This document shows, one piece after another, positions 12,401 to 24,400 of a DNA stretch of 64,000 nucleotides. Origin of the DNA: Lingula anatina (lineage: Eukaryota > Animalia > Brachiopoda); NCBI GenBank assembly GCA_051362555.1, contig CM120646.1, forward strand, positions 20,894,001 through 20,958,000. The letters run 5' to 3'. The notes beneath the pieces were generated by a model. It saw only the letters and a list, made by a program, of their open reading frames with translations, was not told where the DNA came from and did not search any database. How positions within the stretch are numbered: position 1 is the first letter of the stretch; each line of letters starts with the position of its first letter. The position numbers were made by a program, and so were the translations under genes.

Positions 12401-15400
12401 ACTCTTGGAAATGTGACTCTTGCTTTGCTTGATCATAACTGTTCCTGGTAGAGTAAACTATTCTTTCATATTACAAACCATTTCTTTTTTTATGCCAAAC
12501 CAACACCACTTTACTCACTGCATCTCAGATAACTATAATTTACCCTATGAGGTAATATCTTACTTGAAAGCATTGAGTAAAGTAATTTTTCTTCAGTCAA
12601 CAGCTTAATATTGTAATGGTTTACCTCCAATATTCTGATGTCTAACAGAACATCTTCATCAGGGAATGAGGCTATCTGGGTGAATAACCTCAATTCAGGA
12701 GATACATGTCCATGTGATACTCATGCTGACTTAATGCCGACTTGCTGTCTCTATTTAAACTGATTTTGGGTGTTCTGCTATTCTCTCTGCTGCTGATCTT
12801 CCACACCCTTCACATTACATTTAACAGACTACTCCTCACTCTCTGTTCTTGACTTTAATGGGTCTTTGGGACTTACCATTGTATTCTGGATGGTGAACCC
12901 AGCTTTTCTGTACAAGTTGTGCTTGTTAAACGTTCATTGTTTGGGAGGAGGAGGAGGGGGGTGGGGGGCAAGTATATCTCCTGAATAGAGGCTGTTCACC
13001 TGGATAGCCTAACTCTCTAATGAAGATGTTCTGTTAGACAAAAATATTGGAGTTAAACTATTACAGTATTAAGCTGCTGATTGAAGAAAATTACTGTTGT
13101 CAGGTAACATAACATAGCTGATAAAATTCTTCTCTGACTTGAATGCTTTGATTTTTAATTACCTCTGCAGTATTTGATAAATTTTCAACATTTTTTATTT
13201 CCTTTACTTCATTTAATTTATGATATAGTAGGTTAATTGTTCATATTTCCTAACACATTTAGCCTCCTTTCCTTCCCAGAAGTTGTGTTCATTCCTCTCA
13301 GTTATATAAGTAACCCTAACTCTTTGAGAAAGTATTGCTTGTTATTTGTGATGGTGAAGGATGTTATGAATGCAAAATGAAAATTAATATAAAAAATTAT
13401 TACAACTAAACTGTTGAGAGATGAAGAAAGGTCATGATAAAATTATCATTTATTTTGAACCCCAGTTTGATTGTTTGCATGCTTTATCTTTTATGAAGTA
13501 ATCCTTATTTTATAAAGCTGACCAGTTTTTGTTAGTTAAAATTGATGTCAGCATCATATTCATGTGCAGACACTCTTCGTCTGGACATAAAGCCAATCCC
13601 CTGTATATGTTGTTACTCTCTCCATGCACTTTTAACTTAAACACCATCATTGTACCACCAGCGTTAGCGCTGGCGGTACACATGGTTTTAGTCCCGTCCG
13701 GATCGTTCCGCCGGCTCCTGCGGCTCCGCCGGACGGCTACCGTTACCGCTTCTCCTCCTAGACGGTAAGGGCCTCCATACCCATCTCTTGGATTTAGGTC
13801 ACCTATAATCTCAACTCGTTCCACGTAAAATTTGGGCTTTGTCGATATTGGGGTCTAGGTGTGGCACTCATTGCAATGCACCCTTGTCTAAAAATGGCAA
13901 AATTAAATGCTAATTATCTACCCTTCGGAAGGAATTATGGGAAAAATTTCTACAGACAGCTTTCCAAAAGTCATATGTGTAGATTTCAAATATGCCCTTG
14001 GATTTGACCTTTGACCTTTATTTCAAGGTCAAATGGGCCAAAATTTTCAAAAAAAAAGAAATTTTTTACGAAAAAAAAAATTATTTGCCCTGTTATTCAG
14101 ACGCCACTCAGACTTAACCAATAATATTATTGGAAAGTGTTACCCTTAAGGTCATCTTTCATCTCCGTGAATTTGGGGTCAATCGGTGCATTTTCACGGG
14201 AGTAGCTGCCATTAGATACCGAAACTGAAAACTGTCTCTAATTCGGGAACCGTTAATGCTAGAGACCCATTCTTTTTTGCATTTTGTAGAGCATGTAAAG
14301 CCCAACACTGGAGGTGGTCTCCGTTTTTATGTACAGACACAGATGTGTCTGTACATATTGCCATCACCTGCGTCTGTCGTTGCCGTCGCCGTTCGTGTCG
14401 CCGTGGACGTCGCCGTCGCCGTGCACTTTCAGCGTTAACACCATAAGTGGAAGACAGTTTTACTTTTTGGCTTTATATTTACAGAGCTGACTAATATTCA
14501 TAAAACGCAGGTCAAGTTCGAAAATCAGCATGATCGGGCCATTATTGTAGAATTTATGCTGTTTTTTCACTTTTTAGCATATATGCAACACTGTTAACAC
14601 ATTTCAAGGAAAACCGATAGGCCTGTTGTCATGAAACTCACAGGAGTAATCAGTCTTACTAAAACGCAGATCAAGTTCGAAAATCGGCATGATCGGGACA
14701 CTATTTTAGTAGTTATGCTGTTTTTATGTACAGACACAGATGTGTCTGTACATATAGCCATCACCTGCGTCTGTCGTCGTCGCCGTGCACTTTGACCACC
14801 GATAACACGATAAGTGAAAAACCGTTTTACCTTTTGGCTTGAAACTTACAGAACTGATGAACTTTCATAATACGCAGGTCAAGTTCGAAAATCAGCATGA
14901 TCGGGTCATCTATATGGAAGTTATGCTGTTTTTTCACTTTTTTCATCATTTGTTTGACATTTCCTGCATCTTTACAACATTGTTAGTTGATTATGTTAAA
15001 ATGATGGTAAACTTGTTATCGTGTATTGTGTAATAAAGTGTCAAAAATGGAAATAAACTCATATCATTGCAGTTTGTAAGATTCAATCATTCATTATGTT
15101 CAGAAACTCAGAATGGAGGAAATTGGACATTTGACACTGTTCTATTGATATTTTTCACATCTCATCAACTTTCTTAGTTGATAATATAAAAATGGCAGTA
15201 AACTGTTAATTTTGTTTTATGTTAAAAAAGTGTTAAAAATGGAAATAAACCCATTTCATAACAGTACTGTCTTGTTTCACATTTCCTCAGATTCAATTCT
15301 TAGGCATGTTTACAGTCTCATTATTTAACTAATAAGATACGTAAAAGTCTTTGTTTAACATTTCCTGCATCTTTACAACATTGTTAGTTGATTATGTAAA

Positions 15401-18400
15401 AATGATGGTAAGCTTGTTATCATGTATTGTATAATAGAGTTTCAAAAATGGAAAATAACTCTTATCATTGCAGTTTGTCAGATTCATTCATTCATTCACA
15501 ATGTTCAGAAACTCAGAATGGAGGAAATGGGACATTAAACACTGTTCTATTGATATTTTTTCCCATCTCATCAATTTTCTTAGTTGATCATATAAAAATG
15601 GCAGTAAAGTGTTAATTTTGTTATATGTTAAAAAATTGTTAAAAATGGAAAAAAATGCATTTCAGGACAGTGCTGTCTTGTCTACATTTTGGCATTTTCA
15701 AGGTGTGACTGAAGTTCCATGGGCCTGAAGACCTTTGCTAGTAACATTTTCTGAATATCCATGATACTTATATTTTATTATTAAAAATTGATGGTTATTA
15801 TCCTGTTAAACATTATGTAATATTGCATCAAAAGTTGAAGAAACCCCTATTTTGGGCACTGCTCCCTTGATGACCATTTAAGGAAAACCATGTCACTTAC
15901 TGTTCTCAAACTTACAGGAAAGAAACATGGGACTAAAATACAGTTTCATTAGGCAGTGCAGTCTATTTGGTAAATTTTTCTGGCAGTTAATCAGTTTTTT
16001 TGTGAAAATTTAATTTTTCACATATTGGCAATTTCAAGGTGTGACTTAGAACCGCCTTGGGCTTGAAGACCCATGCTAGTCACATTTTCTGAAAATCCAC
16101 GATACGTATATTTTATTATTAAAATTTTTATTCTTTATGCTGTTAAGCATTATGAAATATTGCATCAAAATAGAAAAAAACACAATTTTGAGTATTGCTG
16201 CCATGATGACCATCATGGGAAAACCATATTACTTATGATTGTCAAACTTTTAAAAAAGAAACACAGGACTAAAATGCAGCTCGAGTTGGAAAAGCAGTCT
16301 AATTGACTTCTTTTTCTGAAAGTTTTACATTTTCAAAGTGTGAACTTGAACTCCCATGGGCCTGAAGCCTTATGCTTGTTTCACATTTTACTTACATTGG
16401 TATTACCTGTTGAGCATAATTAAAATTTGATGTTGAATTTGCAGTTTAACATAATGTACTTTTACATCAGAATTGATAGTAGCCTATTTTGTTATTTCCT
16501 GCTTTTTGTCTGTACATTTGACAGCTTTGCTGCCTTGTCTTTATTTTAATTAATTTTTTCTGTACGAAATTTATGGCACATTATTGTAACTCCAAAATTA
16601 TAACATTTAGTCCCTTATATCTCCAAAACTGGCAGAGATAGGTCTTTGGTTACTATTGAACTTGAATAGGAAGTCATATACTGGCAATCTAAACGTGACC
16701 TTGAAATTGACATTTGACCCACTTTTCATCATGAATTGAACTTTGCAAATTTTGGTTCCCTTTTATCTCCAAAACTGGCAGAGATAGGTCCATAGTTACT
16801 ATTGAACTTGAATAGGAAGTCATATACTGGCAATCTAAATGTGACCGTGAAATTGACCTTTGACCTACTTTACACCATAAACTGAACTTTGCAACTTTTT
16901 AATGCTTTTATTTTCAAAACTGGCAGAGATACGCCCATAGTTACTATTGAACTACAATAGGAAGTCATTAAAGTCAATTTACTGTGACCTTAAAATTGAC
17001 CTTTGACCTACTTTTCATCATGAATTGAACTTTGCAAATTTTGGTTCCCTTTTATCTCCAAAACTGGCAGAGATAGGTCTTTGGTTACTATTGAACTTGA
17101 ATAGGAAGTCATATACTGGCAATCTAAACGTGACCTTGAAATTGACATTTGACCCACTTTTCATCATGAATTGAACTTTGCAAATTTTGGTTCCCTTTTA
17201 TCTCCAAAACTGGCAGAGATAGGTCCAAAGTTACTATTGAACTTGAATAGGAAGTCATATACTGGCAATCTAAATGTGACCTTGAAATTGACCTTTGACC
17301 TACTTTACACCATAAACTGAACTTTGCAACTTTTTAATGCTTTTATTTTCAAAACTGGCAGAGATACGCCCATAGTTACTATTGAACTACAATAGGAAGT
17401 CATTAAAGTCAATTTACTGTGACCTTAAAATTGACCTTTGACCTACTTTTTATCATGAATTGAACTTTGCAAATTTTGGTTCCCTTTTATCTCCAAAACT
17501 GGCAGAGATAGGTCTTTGGTTACTATTGAACTTGAATAGGAAGTCATATACTGGCAATCTAAACGTGACCTTGAAATTGACATTTGACCCACTTTTCATC
17601 ATGAATTGAACTTTGCAAATTTTGGTTCCCTTTTATCTCCAAAACTGGCAGAGATAGGTCCAAAGTTACTATTGAACTTGAATAGGAAGTCATATACTGG
17701 CAATCTAAATGTGACCTTGAAATTGACCTTTGACCTACTTTACACCATAAACTGAACTTTGCAACTTTTAAATGCTTTTATTTTCAAAACTGGCAGAGAT
17801 ACGCCCATAGTTACTATTGAATTTGAATAGAAAGTCATACGAGGCAATTTACTGTGACCTTAAAATTGACCTTTGACCTACTTTTAACAATGAACTGAAC
17901 TTTGCAAATTTTGGTTCCTTTTATCTCCAAAACTAGCAGATATAGGTCCATAGTTACTATTTAACTTGAATAGGAAGTCATTTACTGACAATCTAAATGT
18001 GACCTTGAAATTGACCTTTGACCCACTTTTCATCATGAATTGAACTTTGCAATTTTTGTTCCCTTTTATCTCAAAAACTAGCAGAGATAGATCCATAGCT
18101 ACTATTGAACTTGAATAGGAAGTCATTAAAGTCAATTTACTGTGACCTTAAAATTGACCTTTGACCTACTTTTTACCATGAACTTAACATTGCAAATTTT
18201 GTTCCCTTTTATCTCCAAAACTGGCAGAGATAGGTCTATGGTTACTATTGAACTTGTATAGAAAGTCATATACTGGCAATTTAAATATGACCTTGAAATT
18301 GACCTTTGACCTACTTTTCATCATGAATTGTACTTTGCAAATTTTGGTTAACTTTTATCTCCAAAACTTGCAGAGATAGGTCCATAGTTACTATTAAACT

Positions 18401-21400
18401 TGAATAGGAATTCATATACTGGCAATTTAAATGTGACCTTGAAATTGACCTTTGACCTACTTTACACCATAAACTGAACTTTTCAACTTTTTAATGCTTT
18501 TATTTTCAAAACTGGCAGATATACGCACATAGTTTCTATTGAATTTGAATAGAAAGTCATTTATTGTGACCTTAAAATTGACCTTTGACCTACTTTTAAC
18601 CATGAACTGAACTTTGCAAATTTTGTTCCCTTTTATCTCCAAAACTAGCAGAGATAGGTACATAGTTACTATTGAACTTGAATAGGAAGTCATTAAAGTC
18701 AATTTACTGTGACCTTAGAATTGACCTTTGACCTACTTTTTACCATGAACTTAACATTGCAAATTTTGGTTCCCTTTTATCTCCAAAACTGGCAAAAATA
18801 TGCCCATAGTAACTATTGAACTTGAATAGAAGTCATTAGAGGCAATCTAAATGTGACCTTGAAATTGACCTTTGACCCACTTTTCATCATGAATCGAACT
18901 TTGCAAATTTTGTTCCCTTTTGTCTCCAAAACTAGCTGAGATAGATCCATAGTTACTATTGAACTTGAATAGGAAGTCATTAAAGTCAATTTACTGTGAC
19001 CTTAGAATTGACCTTTGACCTACTTTTTACCATGAACTTAACATTGCAAATTTTGGTTCCCTTTTATCTCCAAAACTGGCAAAAATATGCCCATAGTAAC
19101 TATTGAACTTGAATAGAAGTCATTAGAGGCAATCTAAGTGTGACCTTGAAATTGACCTTTGACCTTCTTTTCATCATGAATTGAAGTTTACAAATTTTGG
19201 TTCCCTTTTATCTCCAAAACTGGCAGAGATGTGTCCATAGTTACTATTGAACTTGAATAGGAAGTCATATACTGGAAATTTACTGTGACCTTGAAATTGA
19301 CCTTTGACCTACCTTACTACTAACTGAACTTTTATTGTACCATTTTTAGTTATATATTTTTTTTGCATATTTTGAGAATTCTTGTTGATTGCATTTTTTA
19401 CAACTTGTCAAGCACAAGACTGGTGGTGGTGTCCTTTTTTTTGTGTTTGTGGGGTCTATACGATCGCGCTTACTCCAGCTGGTGGTACAATATTCGGAGG
19501 CGGTATTGCCTCTCTGATCCTCTAGTTTTAAAAGGAAACATGCCAGACGTGCTACTTTCACAAAGGCACAGAAATGATACTAGACAGAACTAAAATACAG
19601 CAGCTGCTGCAGTTTGAAAACCAATAAGATTGGATTATTGTACCACCAGCGTTAGCGCTGGCGGTACACATGGTTTCGGTCCCGTCCGGATCGTTCCGCC
19701 GGCTCAGCCGGACGGCTACCGTTACCGCTTCTCCTCCTAGACGGTAAGGGCCCACATACCCATCTCATGGATTTAGGTCACCTATAATCTCACCTCGTTC
19801 CACGTAAAATTTGGGCTTTGTCGGTATTGGGGTCTGGGTGTGGCACTCATTACAATGCACCCTTGTCTAAAAATGGCAAAATTAAATGCTAATTATCTAC
19901 CCTACGGAAGGAGTTATGGGAAAAATTTCTATAGACGGCTTTCCAAAAGTCATATGTGTAGATTTCAAATATACCCTTGGATTTGACCTTTGACCTTTAC
20001 TTCAAGGTCAAATGGGCCAAAATTTTCAAAAAAATGAAATTTTTTACGAAAAAAATTTTTTTTGCCCTGTTATTCAGACACTACACAGACTTAACCAATA
20101 ATATTTTTGGAAAGTGTTACCCTTCAGGTCATCTTTCATCTCCATGAATTTGGGGTCAATCGGTGCATTTTCACGGGAGTAGCGGCCATAAGATACCGAA
20201 ACTGAAAACTGTCTCTAATTTGGGAACCGTTAAGACCCATTCTTTTTTGCATTTTGTAGAGCATGTAAAGCCCAACACTGGAGGTGGTCTCGGTTTTTTT
20301 GTATTCCATACGGTTTTCGAGTTACGCTGTATCAAAAAGTACATATTGGTGGTAAAAGCAAAATGTGCAGTACGGTAATGGATAATAAATTTTGAACTCT
20401 GGAAAAATAAAACATAAGGCTTGGCAAAGCAGACAACTTGTGTTCAAAAATGACATTATTTCATCAAATTTGAACTTCTGAAACTTCAGAGCACCTCCTA
20501 TTTCAAGAATTTTGACCAAAATAGCATTTTCTTTATTTTAATTAATTTTTTCTGTACGAAATTTAAGGCACATTATGGTAACTCCAAAATTATAACATTT
20601 AGTCCCTTTTATCTCCAAAACTGGCAGAGATAGGTCCATAGTTACTATTGAAGTTCAATAGGAAGTCATCTACTGGCAATCTAAATGTGACCTTAAAATT
20701 GACCTTTGGCCTACTTTTCACCATGAACTGAACTTTGCGAATTTTGCTTCCCTTTTATCTCCAAAACTGGCAGAGATAGGTCCATAGTTACTATTAAACT
20801 TGAATAGGAAGTCATATACTGGCAATTTACTGTGACCTTGAAATTGACCTTTGACCTACTTATTATCATGAACTGAACTCTGCTAATTTCTTTCTCTTTT
20901 AACTCCAAACCTGGCAGAGATAGGTCCATAGTTACTATTGAAGTTAAATATGAAGTCATATTCTGGCAATTTACTGTGACCTTGAAATTGACCTTTGACC
21001 TTCTTTTCACCATGAACTGAACTTTGCAAATTTTGCTTCCCTTTTTTCTCCAAAACTGACTGAGGTAGGTCCATAATTACTATAGAACTTGAATAGGAAG
21101 TCATATACTGGCAATCTAAATGTGACCTTAAAATTGACCTTTGACCTACTTTTCACCATGAACTGAACTTTGCAAATTTTGCTTCCCTTTTATCTCCAAA
21201 GTTACGCTGTATCAAAAAGTACATTGGTGGTGAAAGCAAAATGTGCAGTACGGTAATGGATAATAAATTTTGAACTGCAGAAAAATAAAACATAAGGCTT
21301 GGCAAAGCAGACAACTCGTGGTCAAAAATGACATTATATCATTAAATTTGAACATCTCGAACTTCAGAACACCTCCCATTTCAAGAATTTTGACCAAAAT

Positions 21401-24400
21401 GACCTTTTCTTTATTTTAATTAATTTTTTCTGTAGGAAATTTATGGCACATTATGGTAACTCCAAAATTATAACATTTAGTCCCTTATATCTCCAAAACT
21501 GGCAGAGATAGGTCCATAGTTACTATTGAAGTTGAATAGGAAGTCATATACTGGCAATCTTACTGTGACCTTGAAATTAACCTTTGACCTACTTTTCACC
21601 ATGAACTGAACTTTGCAAATTTTGCTTCCCTTTTATCTCCAAAACTGGCAGAGATAGGTCCATAGTTACTATTAAACTTGAATAGGAAGTCATATACTGG
21701 CAATTTACTGTGACCTTGAAATTGACCTTTGAGCTACCTTACGATGAATTCACTTTGATTGTACCATTTTAAGTTATATATATTTTTTGCATATTTTGAA
21801 AATTCTTGTTGATTGCATTTTTACAGCTTGTCAAGCACAAGACTGGTGGCTGTGTCCCTTACTTTGTGTATGTGGGGGTCTATACGAATGCGCTTGCTCC
21901 AGCTGGTGGTACAATATTCGGAGGCGGTATCGCCTCTCTGATCCTCTAGTTTTTCTTGAGGTTATGTTTTTTGTCGTTTTTTTTCCATATCTTGGCAGTT
22001 TCCAGGTGTCCCTTTGAATTCCCTTGGGGTGGAAGCTGTAATATTTATATTTTGTCTGCATGCCCACAGTAACAGTATTTCATATTTATTTAGAATGGGT
22101 GGTGTTTAAGGTCCTAAAAGCATTGCATTAAAAGTGACAGTAAATACAAAATTTTGTGCGCTGTGATAGAGATAGGAATTAGAATGCAATTTTAAATTTG
22201 TTCTGAAATATCAATTGCAGTTTTGTTTCATTTTTTTGTTCTCTAGTCTGCCACAACCAAACTCAGAAGAGGTCTCTTTCATTAATGTGAATCCAAGGCC
22301 TGATCCTAGTTCTCAAATTGATGATGGATTTCTCAGAATTGCTCAACGACATAATGCGCCTGGCAGGTAAAAATATTTTCCATGTGAAGGCATTAATTTG
22401 TGTTTAACAGATCTGCAAATCAAATATGGTTGACCTACTGTCTGTTAGGGTCATTATGTGGCAAGCTTTAAAGTGGGCCGCCATATTTGATTCATGGATC
22501 TGTTAGTCCTTTGTTGTGAAGAAGACAGTTACCAGACAAGTACTATCTTTACTACATGTACAATATTGGCCTGCTCTGCCTGCTCTGTACATAGATTATT
22601 TATCAGAAATTTTTTAACTCCCAAAGTAAATTCAGCCTGTAGATATGTATCCTCAGTGGGTGAAACGTACAGAAATGTTTAGAGCCATGTGGCACACAGC
22701 TGTGAATAAGCAGATTACTTGGCATGTCCTGGCTGCTGGAGTCGCTGTAATAATCAAGATTATAAATGTATCTCATTCAGTCCACCAGAGGAAAGAGCAG
22801 AATATGAAGAAAATGAACAAACCTTCTACAAAGGTACTGAAGGAGTTGTGATCAGGCAAGCAACAGGTGATGAATCAAGTGGCTCTTTCTTCACGATTGT
22901 AAAAACTGGGCAACAAGAAACTGGTGCTGTCTCTCCTTTAGGTGAGGATTCAAGTGGTTTGTTTTACTCTGTTGGGCAGCAAAGACAACCTTAGAGCCAA
23001 TGTCTCACTGTACTTAAGAATAAAAACATTTCTTTGATTACCAAAACTACTTTTCATTGTTTAATTTAAATTAATTTAATTTAATTTTTTTACTCCAGTA
23101 ACTCCTTAAACAAAAATCTGTAAACCTTGTTGCAGTGACTGACTGCCCTTATTAATCCCAAAATATTTGTGTTTAGCTGCAACCCACCTTGATAATCCAC
23201 CAGCTGGAGACCCAAACACTGTGCCAATTGATGATGCCAGTAACGAAGGGTATGTTTAATTTTTTCTCAGGCCATGTTTTTGTGAGTTGTGGGTCTTGTA
23301 GAGTGTTAACTGAGAGTGGGATAAGTGATAAAAAATGATTTAGTAAATACGTAGTTCATTTGTGCAAGATATTAATTGCTAATATTCAACAAACAGATAA
23401 AATACTCAATTTTTTTCAAAATAGTATCAGCTTTTAAACTCCCCTTGAATATAATTAACCTGCGAAGTGTGATTTATGAGTCTGAGATGAATAACTGGAT
23501 AAAAATGCCAAATATTTCAATATTCAGAATTTGGGAGGAAGGAGGGGCAGAAACAAGTGCTGAAGTAAGTGCCATTACAGCTATTGATCAGCAAGGCTTG
23601 GTCCAGTCACAGATAAATGGAGATGTTAGAAATGATAATTATGATGAAACTTCCTGCAAAGTTCCTGTAGGAGATGGGGCCGTTCAAGAAACGGGCAATG
23701 AATCCATCACGAAACATGGTCAACAAGAAACTGGTACTTTTGTCAAAGGTGGACAACAAGAAACTGCCTGGAACCCTGTCCAGCTGTCAGTGGAGAGTTT
23801 ACCAAGTGAAGCAATTGAATCAGAAGAACCGGTAGAGTGTTGTCAGTCTGAGACTGCCAGTTTTAGAGACTTACCTGTAAGTGGTTTGGGTGTGGAATGT
23901 GGTATGGCTGCTTCACCTAGACATGTAGGTGTCCAAACACACAAAGAACAAAAGCCCCTACATGAACAAATCTACCCAAGTAGGCAGGATGATCAGGAAA
24001 ATGAAGTGAACTCAGAAGAAAATGATGTGTTGCCTGTGGAAACTCCCTCCTCAACCTCCACTGGTGATGAAGCCCAACAGGTAGTACAAGAAATTATCCA
24101 GAATTTACTGATAAAAGCTACAACAGAGGCTATTGAAGAGTTCCCAGGCACAATGTCAGGGCTGGTGACACATCAACGACCAGCTATAACCACAGACAAC
24201 AGATCCAAATTAGCCTATCGGAGGTCAGGCCAGGCATCAGGTGGTACAGTAAGAATGCACCAATCAGGCGCCCTGTCTCAACCCCAAGTGAAAGCCAATG
24301 AACTTGGTAGGTGTTGTGCAACATGATCATGTTAACTTTTTGATATAAACAACATTGTAAAGCTATTTCTGGACATACAATTTCTGTAAATGTGTGATTA

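Larger units (their letters stand above)
13647..19526 (+). mobile_element. HINE family 1, copy C (long array, nested family-2 element)
   Basis: 5' ATTGTACCACCAGCGTTAGCGCTGGCGGTACA; 3' GCTGGTGGTACAATATTCGGAGGCGGTATTGCCTCTCTGATCCTCTAGT|TTT. Confidence 0.85.

Noticed and set aside
6457-19755. Recurrent ORFs (GPYRLGGEAVTVAVRRSRRNDPD; YSSWWYNIRRRY) as a small gene family
   Set aside because: They are the GC-rich terminal hairpin regions of the HINE copies; starts and stops differ among copies.
44-21104. Recurrent minus-strand ORFs (MTSYSSSIVTMDLS..., KVNFKVT...)
   Set aside because: They are translations of the satellite monomer, with frameshifts and stops between copies.
1-21760. Regular repeat arrays as CRISPR arrays
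   Set aside because: Monomers are contiguous ~145-bp units with no unique spacers, no cas genes are present, and the context is intron-containing eukaryotic DNA.
23376-24326. The 316-aa ORF as a standalone gene
   Set aside because: The first ~50 codons are AT-rich intron; an acceptor at 23527 and donor at 24307 make it an internal exon.
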